From Octopus vulgaris (Eukaryota), in NCBI GenBank assembly GCA_951406725.2, contig OX597819.1:38688001-38752000 (forward strand): a stretch of DNA of 64,000 bases, given 5' to 3'. Position numbers and translations under genes: made by a program. Every line of letters begins with the position of its first letter. Position 1 is the first letter of the stretch. Under the pieces are notes generated by a model. It saw nothing but the letters and a program-made list of their open reading frames with translations, was not told the origin of the DNA and did no database searches. Below are positions 38,085-52,431 of this stretch, piece after piece.

Positions 38085-39445
38085 TTTGTTGATGCTGCTG
38101 CTGCTGCTGATGATAACAATGATGATGAGGAAGAAAAGGAGAAGGAAGCGCAAGATAATGATGGTAATGAAGGCAGCGATGAGGTGATGATGATATTGAT
38201 GATAATGAAGGTGATGATGATGATGACGACGAGGTGGGGGGAGGAGGACTAGGAAGGGGCGAAGAGGAGGAAGATAATGATGATGATGAAGGTGGCGATG
38301 AGGTGATGATAATGATGATGATGACGAGGTGTTGGGAGGAGGAAGGGTGAAGAGGGGGAAGATAATGATGGTGATGAAGATGGCGATGATAATGATGATG
38401 ATGAAGATGATGACGACGACAAGGTGGTGGGAGAAGGAAGGGTGAAGAGGGGGAAGATAATGATGGTGGTGAAGATGGCGATGAGGTGATGATAATGATG
38501 ATGATGAAGATGATGACGACGAGGTGGTGAGAGGAGAAAGGTCGCAGAGGAAGATAATGATGGTGATGAAGATGGCGATGAGGTGATGATAATGATGATG
38601 AAGATGATGATGACAAGGTGTTGGGAGGAGGAAGGGAAAAGAGGAAGAAGATAATGAGGGTGATGAAGATGGCGATGAAGTGATGATAATGATGATGACG
38701 ACGGGGTGGTGGGGGAGGAAGATAATGATGGTGATGAAGATGGAGATGAGATAATGATGATGGTGCCGAAGATGATGATGATGATGAGATGATGGTGATG
38801 ATGATGTTGATGCTGGTGATGAGATGACAACATCAACGAAGATGGTAATGATGCTGACAGTCATATGATAATGATGATGAGAATGATGACAATGTCAGTC
38901 ATGGCAATGTTGAGACTGATGTCGCCATCCATCTTGCCATTGTCATTGTGTTGCTGCTGATAGTGATGAGGATGAAGCCGATAACAGTGGTAATGCTATG
39001 GCTATTGTTACTATTATTGTATTGTTGTTGTTGTTGATGATGATCATGATGATCATGACGATGATGATGATGATCATGACGATGATGATGATGATCATGA
39101 CGATGATGATGATGATGGCCATGACTTTAATATTGACAATAATGATGATGATGATACTGTCAGCAGAGATAATATTGTAACTGATATTGCCATTGTTGTG
39201 CAGCCTCCTCTCAAACACACTCACAACAGAGACATTCAAAGAAGTGGGAGTAGTAGTGGCAATAATAGTAGTAGTAGTAGTAGTGGTGGTGATAATGAGC
39301 ATGGTGATAGTGGTGGTGGTAGTAACTCTGGTGGTAGTAGTAGCAGTAGTAGTAGTGGCGGTGGCAGTGGTGGTGGTGGTGGTAGTAGTAGTAGTAGTAG
39401 CAGCAGTAGTAACAGTAGTAGTAGTAATAGTAGCGGCGGTAGTAA
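38085..39445. repeat. GAT/GGT/AGT low-complexity region including a ~90-97-bp degenerate tandem (38180-38800)
   Basis: gaagataatga recurs near 38270, 38358, 38453, 38550, 38647 and 38718. Confidence 0.9.
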
Positions 39446-39827
39446 TGACCCTACTGTTCCTCACAGCATGGTCAGTTCTGGATCTGAAACATTCATTTAT
39501 GCATAAAATGTTTTAGAAGTGTCAAGATATGGTGACACTACATTTGATCAAATCTGGTCATCTCTGACCTACATCCGATCAAGTCTGGTGAGCCCCAAGG
39601 CTCAGTTTCATCACCCTCGCTCTTTCTCAAAAGTATATATCCACAACCTAATTGCAATCACTTATCAGTAACGCCCACTCATAATGCAGATGGTTTCATC
39701 CATCATTCTCCCGTAAACTTCAGCACCCAAGCATCACTCATATGGAACTATCCACTTCAATGATAGACATTATACATAATAAACCACTGAATGCTGATTT
39801 GTACACAGCAACAATGTTTAAGCTACT

Positions 39828-40038
39828 GAGGAGGAGGAGGAGGAGAAGTAGAAGAAGTAGAAGAAGGAGAAGAAGAAGGAGAAGGAGAAGAAGAAGAAGA
39901 AGAAGAAGGAGGAGGAAGGAGAAGAAGAAGAAGAAGAAGAAGAAGGAGGAGGAGGAGAAGAAGAAGGAGAAGAAGACGAAGAAGAAAAAGAAGAAGAAGA
40001 CGAAGAAGAAGAAGAAAAAGAAGAAGAAGAAGAAGAGG
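39828..40038. repeat. (GAA/GGA)n polypurine tract
   Basis: Directly visible. Confidence 0.95.
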
Positions 40039-40318
40039 TACTCATTACAGTTGTGTAGAGTGGAGCGACATGAAATAAAGAGGCTCACTCAAAGGCACAA
40101 TGAATTGCTCACACCAGCAATTGGGCTCACAACCTGAACATCTCAAAATACTAAGACATGTGCCTTCATATACACACACATAGTATTAAAGAAATACAGA
40201 AAATGTGGTATTTTATGCTTTATAAACCACATGTTTCAGCAAATCGAAACGCATAAAATACCATTATTTTCTGATACAAATGTTATACAGTTAGCAACAA
40301 ATGCAGCAATGACCCCAA

Positions 40319-40369
<51 letters not shown>

Positions 40370-40374
40370 TATGT

Positions 40375-41342
40375 ACAAGGTGTGTAAGATATTTGAGGAC
40401 AGATTTATGTTAATAAAAAAAAACAGATATATAATAACAGATAACTTTACTTATCAAAAAATGCTATGAAGATAAAAATAAACCTTCTTTCCTATAATGT
40501 TATTCAATAAAGCCACCTTCAGCTGCAACAACTGCTTCTATATGAGATTTAAATTATCTACATGCTCGACTCAAGTGGTCCTAGTTCATTATGGACATTA
40601 CTCTGACTATGGCAGCTTTCAAAGAATCTTTGGTGTTATGGGCGTGTTCATTGACCTCTCTCTCAAAAATGCTCCACATGTAATAGTCCAATGGATTGAG
40701 ATCTGGGGAATTAGGAGGTCCAATGTTAGGGGTTATGTGATCATGAAAATTTTCAGCCATCTATTCCTGTGTTACTAGAGCCATGTGTGATAGTGCAGAA
40801 TCTTACTGAAACATATATGGCCTTCTATTGCATATACTGTCTATCCAGGGTTTAATTATTTCCAGGACCTCAATGTAGGCAGCAGAGTTAACTTTAAGGC
40901 CTAGTGGAAAGAAATAAGGAGGCATCACATGTGCTTCATTGTTGACAACCCTTAAAACCATGACAGTTGCAGCAAAATTTGTATGCATAACACTTGGAAC
41001 TTCAGAAGGGTTTGTACATAACCATGTTTCATTTCTTCTGTTAACTTTTTGATCTTGGTTGAAGTTTTTCTCGTTTCAGAAAAACCATATCAAATTTTCT
41101 TCAGCTGGATTTTTCAGTTTAAGAGCCTTTTTAGATCTAATGTAGTAATTTTTTTTTGCTTTATCTGACAAACTGAACTTTCCTCATCACAGAAGACTTA
41201 TATCTGATGTCTTTGTGGACAACATTTCTGACTGTTCCTTCTGACACATGGAGATCTTTTGCAATTGACCTCATGGACTTTCTGGGATTATAATCAATGG
41301 TTTGTTGAACTTGCTAGATAAATTCAGGTGTTCTGATGATTT
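40375..41342 (-). mobile_element. Decayed DD37D (maT)-type transposon, 5' part cut off at a SINE
   Basis: Minus strand FQ*DSALSH...PPNSPDLNPLDYY, with exactly 37 residues between the two Ds; ends at tacaaggtgtg. Confidence 0.85.
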
Positions 41343-41348
41343 ATGAGC

Positions 41349-41500
41349 ACCACCTTAAAGGGTTATTTTAGTTGAAGAAATTGACCCCAGGACTTCTTTG
41401 TAAACCTAGTACTAATTTTATTGGTCTCCATTGCCGAACCGTTAGGTTACAGGGACGTAAACACACCAACATTGGTTGTCAAGTAATGGTGGGGGAAGAA

Positions 41501-41531
<31 letters not shown>

Positions 41532-41683
41532 CGATGGGCTTCTGTCAGTTTCTGTCTACCAAATCCACTCACAAGGCTCTGATTGGCCCAAGCTATAGTA
41601 GAAGACACTTGCCCAAGGTACCACACAGTGGGACTGAACCTGGAACCATGCAGTTGATTAGCAAGCTTTTTACCACACAACCA
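41349..41683 (-). mobile_element. SINE family A copy
   Basis: Body and head landmarks in reverse. Confidence 0.85.
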
Positions 41684-42248
41684 TATCTATACACACACAC
41701 ACATATATAATATAAACATGCATAGTTATATATACACTTAGATACACATACACACACATATACAGAAGACTTCTTTCAGTTTCTGTCAACCAAATTATAC
41801 TCACAAGGTACTGGTCCACCTGGAACTAAATTAGAGGAACTCCAGTCAACAGGATTCATGCAATGGTATATATAGAACCATAAACAACATGGTCTCAATA
41901 TGAATTTTCTAACCATACAGACATGCCTGTACCTATATATTCTCACACACATACACCCATACATGTATATAGTTGACTGACTCCATCCCAGTTCAGTTCA
42001 ATTCAAATTAATTTGCTGCATATTAATTAAAATTGTATCATTGCAAACACATTTTATAATGTAATTACATAAGCAGTGATTAAGCTATTGAGCTGAGGGA
42101 ACACAACAATGTCAACTCAGATAAAAATTTAACTCATAAATAATAATTCAAATGAGAAATTTGTGTCTGTTTAAATTAAAGAGACGGAGAAGAGGGATGG
42201 TATTGATTTTATTTCTTCTCTATGAAAATAGAAGCACAATCTTCCTGT

Positions 42249-42294
<46 letters not shown>

Positions 42295-42449
42295 TTTGTG
42301 TGTGTGTGGATATACATATATATCTCTCTCTATATAAACGGCAGTTTGTCTGTGCGTGTTTCTGTGTGTCTGTTTGCTTGTACCCTCACCCTGACCACGG
42401 CTTTCAACCGATTCTATATATATATATATATATAGGTTTGTGTGTGTGT

Positions 42450-42498
<49 letters not shown>

Positions 42499-42823
42499 TT
42501 TTATAATCCTGAAGAAATATTTAATATCTGCCATTCCAGTCTATGTTTCCATAGATTTAAATTATGTAATGCTACCATATAACATGAATTAATATATTCT
42601 ATATAAAGACATACTCTGATAGATGCTGATACAGACTACATGAAAGAAAGCAATGCTGATTAACAATCCAAAAATATTTCAGAGCTAGATTAACTTAATA
42701 TTCTTATATGATATTGTTATTAATCCATACTGGTTTATATGGTTTCATCCATTTTCTAAAATGCCCATTTTTGCATGTTAGTATTGATCTAAATGGAGTG
42801 TTATTTGTGGCAAGATTTTATAG

Positions 42824-42883
42824 CCGTGAGTTCTATATCATCTGTATGATGTGGAAAATATTCCATCAACATTGCCCATCTTT
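42824..42883 (+). mobile_element. Short LINE fragment, same family as 50090-50500
   Basis: About 60 bp nearly identical to the reverse complement of 50369-50428 (YIICMMWKIFHQHCP). Confidence 0.7.
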
Positions 42884-43004
42884 ATTTTTTAAAGGAATCA
42901 TGAAAATATTAGGGAATATACTGGGAAAAAATCATATTGAAAATCTTATTACAAGTTCTAACTTGTGCATTTTTTTTGGACATATTTATTTGCACTGAAA
43001 TATT

Positions 43005-43140
43005 CTTTTCTATTCTAGGCACAAGAGCTGAAATCTTTTGGGGAGGGGGCCAGTCAATTAGATCAACCCAAGTATGCAACTGGTACTTAATTTATCGCCC
43101 CCCAAAAGGATGAAAGGCAAAGTTGACTTCAGCGGAATTT
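43005..43140 (-). mobile_element. SINE family B 3' part
   Basis: tggtacttaatttatcg....aaaggatgaaaggcaaagttgac. Confidence 0.8.
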
Positions 43141-43390
43141 GTTTGTACTGAAATATTAATACAAAATGTATTAACTGCCTACACTATATAAAACCCACAA
43201 ATGTAGATGCACAGAGATGAGAAATGACAGTTTTTGATTACTGCACATCATATGATCTATGGCAGTGTTTCTCAACCTTTTTACCCTTGTATAACCCTTA
43301 AAATAAATTGCATGTCTCAAGGAACCCCAGCTCAAAAAAAATTATATAACAAATCTATCTCATTTTTGCATCATAGTTCACGTGGTAAAT

Positions 43391-44105
<715 letters not shown>

Positions 44106-45090
44106 GAATGGTGGAGGTTTCAGTAAAGGAATTATCTATCAGAAATATAACAAATAAGATATGGAAGGAAAGAGAGAAGGTAGTAAGATAGCAAGGCAAG
44201 TAGAGGCAATAAGACTACCTCACTGTTTAGGATTTTAAAAAAGTACTGGCAGTAAATTATGATTGTGTTGTTGAAAAGAAACTTGGAAAATTTACTAATT
44301 ACTTTCTTTTAATAAAAATTATATAATTCCAAGTAATTTATAAGCAGCTTTCTCCATTATGGTATAATTTATTTTTATTTGCTTCAGACAAAATTGCCTA
44401 ATAGTATGTTTTTATGGATCTTCATATTTTGAGCTCAAATCCCACTTAGATCAACTTTACTGTTCATCTTCCATAGGTCAATAAAAGAAGTACCACTGAA
44501 GTACTGAGATTGATATATTCAACTGTTCCTTCAACCCAGAAATTCTTATGTAACAATTCTTATGTAAGAAATAAATAATAATAATTATTATTAACTATCC
44601 AAGTTCACACAATCTGTTGGAATTATTTTATTGATATTACTAAAGTTTTTGGTAAAAGCTTACAGATTAAAGGTTCTTGTTTTGCCTCACTTATTAATCT
44701 GAACTAATGCAAGCAGGAAATCATAGATCTTAAAACTTTTATCATTACATCTTCATCATCAGCAACTGCGCCAGTTGTCTTCCTCATCATCCTCATTATT
44801 ATTATTATTACTATTTGTATCTTGTAAAATGTTTTACTTGCAAACAGTGTTTGAATATACATTACATACACACACACACACACACACACACGTGTATACT
44901 TACATACGTATACATAAAAAGCAGCACATTCGCTCCACATGGTTACGATCAAAATTCTTCACAAAAAATAAATAAAAAGTGGAAATATTGAACACTAACC
45001 AGAAAATATTTTAGTTGGCATTATATGTATTAGAAAATAAACCAATAACTATACACACACACACACAAACAGATACATACATATATATTC

Positions 45091-45139
<49 letters not shown>

Positions 45140-45205
45140 TATATATACGTATACATATATATATACATACAAACATACACACATACATACACTTATTTAT
45201 ATATA

Positions 45206-45283
<78 letters not shown>

Positions 45284-45959
45284 GTATATATAAAATAAGA
45301 GGGAAAAGTGTAAATTTATGCCCTGTTAGGTTAACCTTTTCATGACCTTACATAGATTCTCTCGAAAATCTGCTTGATGCAAGGTCAAACATTCATTGTT
45401 AAGGAAGAAATTACATGAATTTTCTCTATATCTTCCTACTTAACTCTAAATAAAAGAAATATCTACAATTTTTATGTTTTTAATAGCATGATGTAAAGAA
45501 ATTTCTAGATTCACTGAGTAACATATGTTTTTTGAACAAACTGGATTTGTGTGTGAAATATTTCAAAGAAAGCTCAGTAGAAGACTGACAATCTAGTTAC
45601 CCCACTTCATTTATACCACTTTTGGTTTAACAATTATGTTCTATTATAGTTGCACTTCTTTTATAATCTTATAGTCAGAAAGGAAGGCAGGACCCTTGAT
45701 TCTTTAGGTGCTATGTGTTTGCATCTGGCGTCACTTTGTCCACATCTTTTCATCTGACATCTTTTTGTCTGACTTTTTTCATCCAATGGCATTTTGTCCA
45801 ATTTTAGATAAACTCTTTAGAAAACAAGGTGAACATGTAAACCAAATAATCATTGAAAATTTTATTGATAGGATTCAAGTAAAATACTGTGGAAAAATGT
45901 ATTTTTAAAAATGTCATTTTAATAAAGTAATAAGATATAACTAAATATTCCAGCTTCTA

Positions 45960-46876
45960 GGCTGTAGTTTCAGGCTCGGAATTTCTGGAACCACCGTTCC
46001 AGAATGCAGAGAAATCATACCAGGTGGGGAGGCTGTTGAGCAACGATGGTGAAAGAAAGAGGGAGGAAACAGTAGGTAAATGCAGTGAAAGCAGTGAGAG
46101 TGCTCTCCAGTCTTTCCCCCATTGCTCTACCTGAACTTACCCACTGATCCCCCTCATTCTACCTCATTTTCTCTCATGGCCTCCTCCCTTAACTCAAAAC
46201 TCCTCTCCCTTCTCATCCACTGTAGCCTACCCCCATGACCCTGCACCTCTCTTTCCTTTAATGATGTTATACCTGTCATAATGCCTAAAGTTACTGAGAA
46301 GAAGAAACAAAGAAAGAAGACCATTAAAATTTAGCAACAAACTTGCTGTCAGTAAGAAGATGGAACATGGCTTAAGTATAAGTGTGTTAATGTCAGTATA
46401 TAACATCAGATCATAAACTTCATATGACATTAAGAACTCAAAACAAAAGGCTTAGATTCCACAACAAGTTCTGAGAACCTAACAGCAATAAATAGGAAAA
46501 GTCTGCAAAAACTAAAATGTGTAAAGAGGGAAGAGATTATTTCTGGACTTATGGTTTTAGCCAAAGATAAAGATTTTAAAGGGAAAATGGATTTGAAGAT
46601 CTCAACTGTTTCAGCAAATAGTTGGATAAACAGATTTAAGATACACCACAGAATAACAAAATTGAGCATTGATAGTAAAAAAGACAATCGGCAGACTTAG
46701 AACTGGCAATAAAAATAGCACAACATTTGGTGAACTTGTCATGAATACAGTAATTTTAGGCATTATGACAGGTATAACATCATTAAAGGAAAGAGAAGTG
46801 CAGGGTCATGGGGGTAGGCTACAGTGGATGAGAAGGAAGAGGAGTTTTGAGTTAAGGGAGAAGGCCATGAGAGAAA
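45960..46876 (+). mobile_element. pogo/Tigger-like relic with a ~129-bp inverted duplication
   Basis: MPKVTEKKKQRKK start at 46281; ..SWINRFKIHHRI.KL resembles the CENP-B-type HTH; arms at 46168-46296 and 46748-46876. Left boundary approximate. Confidence 0.65.
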
Positions 46877-48630
46877 GGCCTGATGGAGCAGGCCTTTCCT
46901 AGAAATGTTTACCAAAGAAAATATTGGCAAGTTGCAATGAAGTAAGTGTTAGTTGTTCCAGTCATAATATGCTAAGGTTCATCATCATAGATTGAGAGAA
47001 TAATGCATTTATCAGTTTCTTGTAAGGCTCAAAATAATGCAAAATGGATAACTTTTTTCTTTTTTAAATTGGTTTACACAATGAATTTATGGTTGGTTTT
47101 TGACTTATTTATGTGATGTGGTAACTTGAGTTACCTTTTCTTTGTTCGTGTGCCATACCTACAAGCATTGGTGATCATGATCTCTATGCCAAAGTCTGAA
47201 GAGTCATGATTTTTCTTAGGAAAGATATAGCAATGGCCTCCAATTGTCTTTTGTTGATTTACTTGCAGTTTATTCAGCCAGTCTTCTGCTCTCTAGCTTA
47301 CCCCTGAGGTACAGAGCCTATTTAATTCTTAGGCAAGATGACTGGTTCACATAACATCAAGGCTTGTCCTCATGTGACACATGAGTAGAAGGCCAGCCCT
47401 CCTCCAAGTCTTATATGTCTTAACTACAAGACCATCTGCTACATAACTCATAAGTGGAATCTTTGATAGGTGCTACTGCCCAAGGCCAGAGCAAATCTGG
47501 GAGCTGTGGAACCTAAGGGGTTCCTGAACTCCTAAGCTGGAGCCTCACCACTGGATGCAGTTCAATGGTTTGTCCCAGACAGTTAAACATCTTCTTGATA
47601 ATTGTAGAACCCATCTCCATAAGTCTAAATTAGCTTCAGACTGCAGAAATATGTTTTCTTATCACTTTAATTGCATGACCAATGGAGCAAGGAATGATTC
47701 AAATTTTCAAATGCGTTAGGAATATGTGTTATGTAACAATCCACAAAGAAGTTTCTCTTTCTGCCAGTTTCAATGCCAGTTTACAATTAAGGATCTGATT
47801 TTTGCATCTGCTACTGAATGGATTTATTAAACCTGTCTCTCTTCTGATAGAGTAGTAAACATTTTGGATTAATTTCATCTCTGACATCTTAATTTCTAAC
47901 AGCAAAGATGACTGGGATTTTGTTGGTTTTAATGTTAGACAAAACAAAAGAAATAATAAGACAACTAAAATAGCATCTATAGGAAATCAACTACATAGTC
48001 TCAAGGATAAGATATCAATGACTGGATTATAGTATGCAGCAATATTTATTTAAACCAAAATTTTTCAGGTAAAATGACTATCAACAATTTTGTTAATCCT
48101 GAAAACTGAGATGCAAAAATTTGCTCCAACAAAGATGATGGAAATGGAACAATGAAAAAAGTGTTTTGGTCCAAAACACAATCATACATTGATAATAATT
48201 CTTATTTTCAAAAGATCTTAATATTTTTCTCCTCCAAGACCACTACAAAACAGGAGTCTGTTAAACAAAGTACCATTAGGAAATTAACAACACAATCCAT
48301 TTTAAAAAGTGAACTGACATAAAATATTTGTGTTGAAAAATTTAAAATATTAAACAAATTTTATTAATGAGAAAATGTTTTTACTTTCATTGATATTTGA
48401 AAAATGTTATTTTAACTTTAGAATGTTTGTTTTGCTTATTTCCTCACAGTGGAATTTACCAATTAATAAACATGTATTCATAATTTTGTAGAAAGATAAA
48501 GATTTTATTTTTTTACCATTTTGAAAAACAATTTTCTTTTTTTTTTCCACCAAAATTGCTATCTGTGCATTTTTGTAGCTAATAAAAATAGAAACAGGCT
48601 GGCACTTAATTCTGTATAAAGTATTGTTAA

Positions 48631-48842
48631 ACCATTTGATACCAACCCACCTCTAGTTCTTTAATTCAAAAGAGCCTATTTAAAGTGTTCACACTCAAAT
48701 TAAAACCTTCCATCATCTTTTGTTCTGTTTAAAATACCATCTTTATAATCAAAAGTTGAGGTATTTTAGCAAATCTCTTAGCAGATTTATTTCCGTAAAA
48801 CATATGGACAGTGTTTTTCATTGGAAATATTGTCGCAAAAGG
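48631..48842. mobile_element. Possible piggyBac-like MITE
   Basis: TTAA on both sides (48627-30, 48843-46); degenerate ends accatttgatac / gtcgcaaaagg. Confidence 0.35.
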
Positions 48843-49547
48843 TTAATCATATGAAAAACAGATTTCTATTTTGATATGACATTTATATATTGTGTTATAT
48901 ATTTCCTTGAAAATTTTATAACTATTGTTAATAGATACATGACCTGAATCATATTAGATTTAAATGTTCAGTTCATAGATATAATTAAAGAACTGTAATG
49001 AATATGAACTCATAAATAATGAATTGATAGTGCAATACACTTTTTATATCTATGAGTCAATATGGGAGTCTCTATATGATTGATTGACATACTAGAAATA
49101 GGAAGTAAATTTTCCTTAAATCATACTTTGCCATCTTAAAAAAGGGATGGGTACATTAGATAATGTAGTCTTGGATGACCCACAAAAATTAGGATGGTCA
49201 CCGCAGGAGCACTTTTAATCATAAGGTTTCTTTGATCACAGCTGACTCAGGGCTACTCAACAGCTACCATTGTGATAATTTGGGTAAAATCAAAATTCAT
49301 TTGCTTTCTTTTTAATTTGAAGATAATGTTATTGTATTTGTTCAAGTACAATACAATCTCAAATATAATACTACCCCTTAATTTTTGTATCCTAAACCAT
49401 TAATATATTTTATTCTTCAGCTTATTTTTTAAACAATGTTATCCCACAAAATTTTGATTCTGATATTTTGTACTAAATTTCTCGCAATATAGATGAATAG
49501 AAACAATATTTTCAAATGCAATAAATATTAAAAAGGAAAACAGAATG

Positions 49548-50883
49548 AACTAGAAAAGCACTCAGAGAGCGCAGACCTCCGCCAAGCAGCTCATTTCCAC
49601 CCATATACATGCATAATGAAAATCCCCCAATTTCTCAAACCAACGCTGGCAAAAACATAACCTCCTCCCATGCTTATCTTGACCATCGTCATCATCAACA
49701 CTGTCTCTGCTTTCACCACAATTACTGTCAAAACTACGATCACCACAATCAATTTCTTTACACAGTTGAAAATCCATTATCTGATACTCATGGGACCGAG
49801 ATTGTTGCAGATTTTTGATTTTTCTAATTTTGGAGTTCTTTATAAAAAAAAAAAAAAAATTGCATCTACAAAATGGAACAGTTTGAGGATAGAAACCAGG
49901 TCTAAACACAATAGCTTATAGACATACTCTGAATGTAGTTCTATATAAATCTTTAATAATTTTTCTTATACTTAAGACAGTCAGAAATGTTAAAATATCA
50001 GCCTCTACCCATGTTGTCATGCTTTGATTAAAAGTTTACGGCATAGATTAGATTGCTTAGATAAGTTTCGGCTGAAGTTGGAAGAGATACACAGTCAGCT
50101 CTGGGGAACTGTAGCCCATTCAAGCAGAGGGCTATTGTTTTCAGGGACATATCTGAGTGTGAGTGGTTTATCTGGTATTTGTTGTGGGTAATCATCTAAG
50201 GATTGTTTGAATGCCATGAAGTCACTTTCCTCCTTTATGTGTATCTGGCATGATGTTGAAGAGAGCAGGGCCAATTGAGGTGAAATAGTTCTGTCATAGT
50301 GTTGTGATATGACACAAACATTTCTGTAGTGGACAGATGGCACAGGGGCTAAGCCTTGGACGAATTTTAAAGATGGGCAATGTTGATGGAATATTTTTCA
50401 CATCATACAGATGATATAGAGCTCACAGCGGCAGTGGAGGGAGCAAAGCCTGACCTTTTTAAGTCAATCCCAATAGTCAAGGCTTGTCATGTTATCCTCC
50501 ACAGAGATACACCAAGCAGCTCATTTTAAAATAGATACGCGAGTAAAATTACTAACAGAGAAATGAAAATAAACTTTGGAAACAGCAACGTCACCATAGG
50601 TTATGTGGAAACAATGAAAGTGTTTTCAGGGGAGATAATCAAAGAACATATATTGTAATACTTCATGTAAAGTAAATGTAACAAATGAAAAACCCTTCAA
50701 GAATCCATAAAAATTCCCAAATCACTACAAAAATTTCATTATCTGTTCCTTATATCATTACCATGTTTTCCTGCAAGTTTCCTCAAATGCTGTTCACAAC
50801 TTTTTGAGTTATTTTGCACACAGATAGACAGATGGACAAACCAACACCAATGAAAACATAACCGCCTTCCTTGGCAGAGGTAA
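49548..50883 (-). mobile_element. Helentron/DINE-1-like non-autonomous element with internal insertions
   Basis: Subterminal inverted repeats acctccgccaag (49575-86) and cttggcagaggt (50870-81); small hairpin gcactcagagagcgc next to aactag; GACA-type repeat near 50821. Confidence 0.65.
50090..50500 (-). mobile_element. CR1/Jockey-group LINE ORF2 C-terminal fragment
   Basis: FKQSLDDY.QQIPDKP...NNS.LEW is homologous in pattern to 57828-58090. Confidence 0.65.
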
Positions 50884-52009
50884 AAATTTAATGAAGAAAC
50901 ATTCAATGTTCACTAACAACTTAAAAGTGAACATTTTTTGTGATATTCTATAGAATTATAGGAGAAAACATAACAGTGAAAGGTAAATTTATTGGTGTTT
51001 TGAGCTGTTTTAAAGCAGAGGTCAAACTAGTAGTAAAGTCTACAATCTGTGTTTGTTGTTTTGCAATAGTAACAGCAGGATATTACTATTCCTCATAGGA
51101 ATACTGTGGTCATGCTATTCATGCATCCACTATTAAAGCCCAAACAACTGTAACGAGTTTCATTTGTGATTTTCAGCTTTCATAGACTTTTAATTAAAAA
51201 AATCTGGAAAATATCTGTATTTGTTGATTAAATTGATCCCTGTACATCACTGGAACTGTATCTTATCAATAAGGGAAGGATGAAAGATAAAGTTGATCTC
51301 AGAAATGCCAGAATTAAATACCACAGGGTGTTTTGACCCATGCTATAATAAGTCAACTAAATCTACAACCAGTGTACAATGGAATTCATCAAATGTTGAA
51401 CTAGTGAAATACAGCCAAATTTTGCTGAGATCATTGGTAAGCAAAGAAAGACACGTAGGCAACAAAACTTGATAACAAAAGATAGCAGACAGGTAAGAAT
51501 TTCTTGGAAAAGAATAGTGCTTAATTAGAATTTAGCTATCTAAGTTTTGAAAAAGCTACAACATGCAGGTATGCACAAAAATACACACACATACAGCTGT
51601 ACAGATAAAAAAAAATTATACACAAGCAAGAAGAGATATAAATAAACAAATGCATACACATATAAGTTGATACATGAAGTATTTGAAACAACTGCCAAAA
51701 TGTAGGCATTCTTTGACCTATATAGCAATAGGATTGATTGCTATAAATAGGAAGAAAATAGATAACAGAATAAATGAATTCATTAGATTGGCATTCATAA
51801 ATAGTAGGGAAACTTTATATCAACACCTTTGTAATAAACCTACTATTTAGATTCCATGATTATTTCAAGTTATTATTTCATAGCACCATGTTATAGAGAA
51901 AACCTCATTAAACGAACTGAAATAAGCAATTAGGGTGGGAAAAAGAAACAAAAATAAAACCCCAGAAACGTTTTTAAAATCCATAAATCCATTGTCCTTG
52001 TGCTATTGA

Positions 52010-52165
52010 TGTACATACATACATACGTATGTACGTACAAATGCATGTATGTATGTATGTATGTATGTATGTATGTATGTATGTATGTATGTATGTATGT
52101 ATGTATGTATGTATGTATGTATGTATGCATGCATGCATGGTATGTTTGTATGCATGTATGTACGT
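52010..52165. repeat. (TATG)n microsatellite
   Basis: Directly visible; a similar tract lies at 53075-53296. Confidence 0.95.
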
Positions 52166-52312
52166 ATCTAATGCTTTATCCATATAGGATGGACTCATCA
52201 ATAATTTATATTGTATGTGCAATACTATATCAAAGGAAAAATTTATCGCTTTGATTGTGAATAAAAGACACACCATGTGAGCGTGTGAGTGTGTATATGT
52301 AGATATATATCG

Positions 52313-52347
<35 letters not shown>

Positions 52348-52386
52348 AATATATATATTTATATATATGCATGTATGAATGTATCT

Positions 52387-52431
<45 letters not shown>

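Noticed and set aside
37454-40137. His/Pro/Thr-, Ser/Gly- and Arg/Lys-rich ORFs (including a protamine-like one at 39742-40137)
   Set aside because: Trinucleotide tracts open in several frames and on both strands; no splice or codon evidence.
47729-47947. 72-aa ORF in unique AT-rich sequence
   Set aside because: No recognisable motif and no ATG-anchored or splice support.
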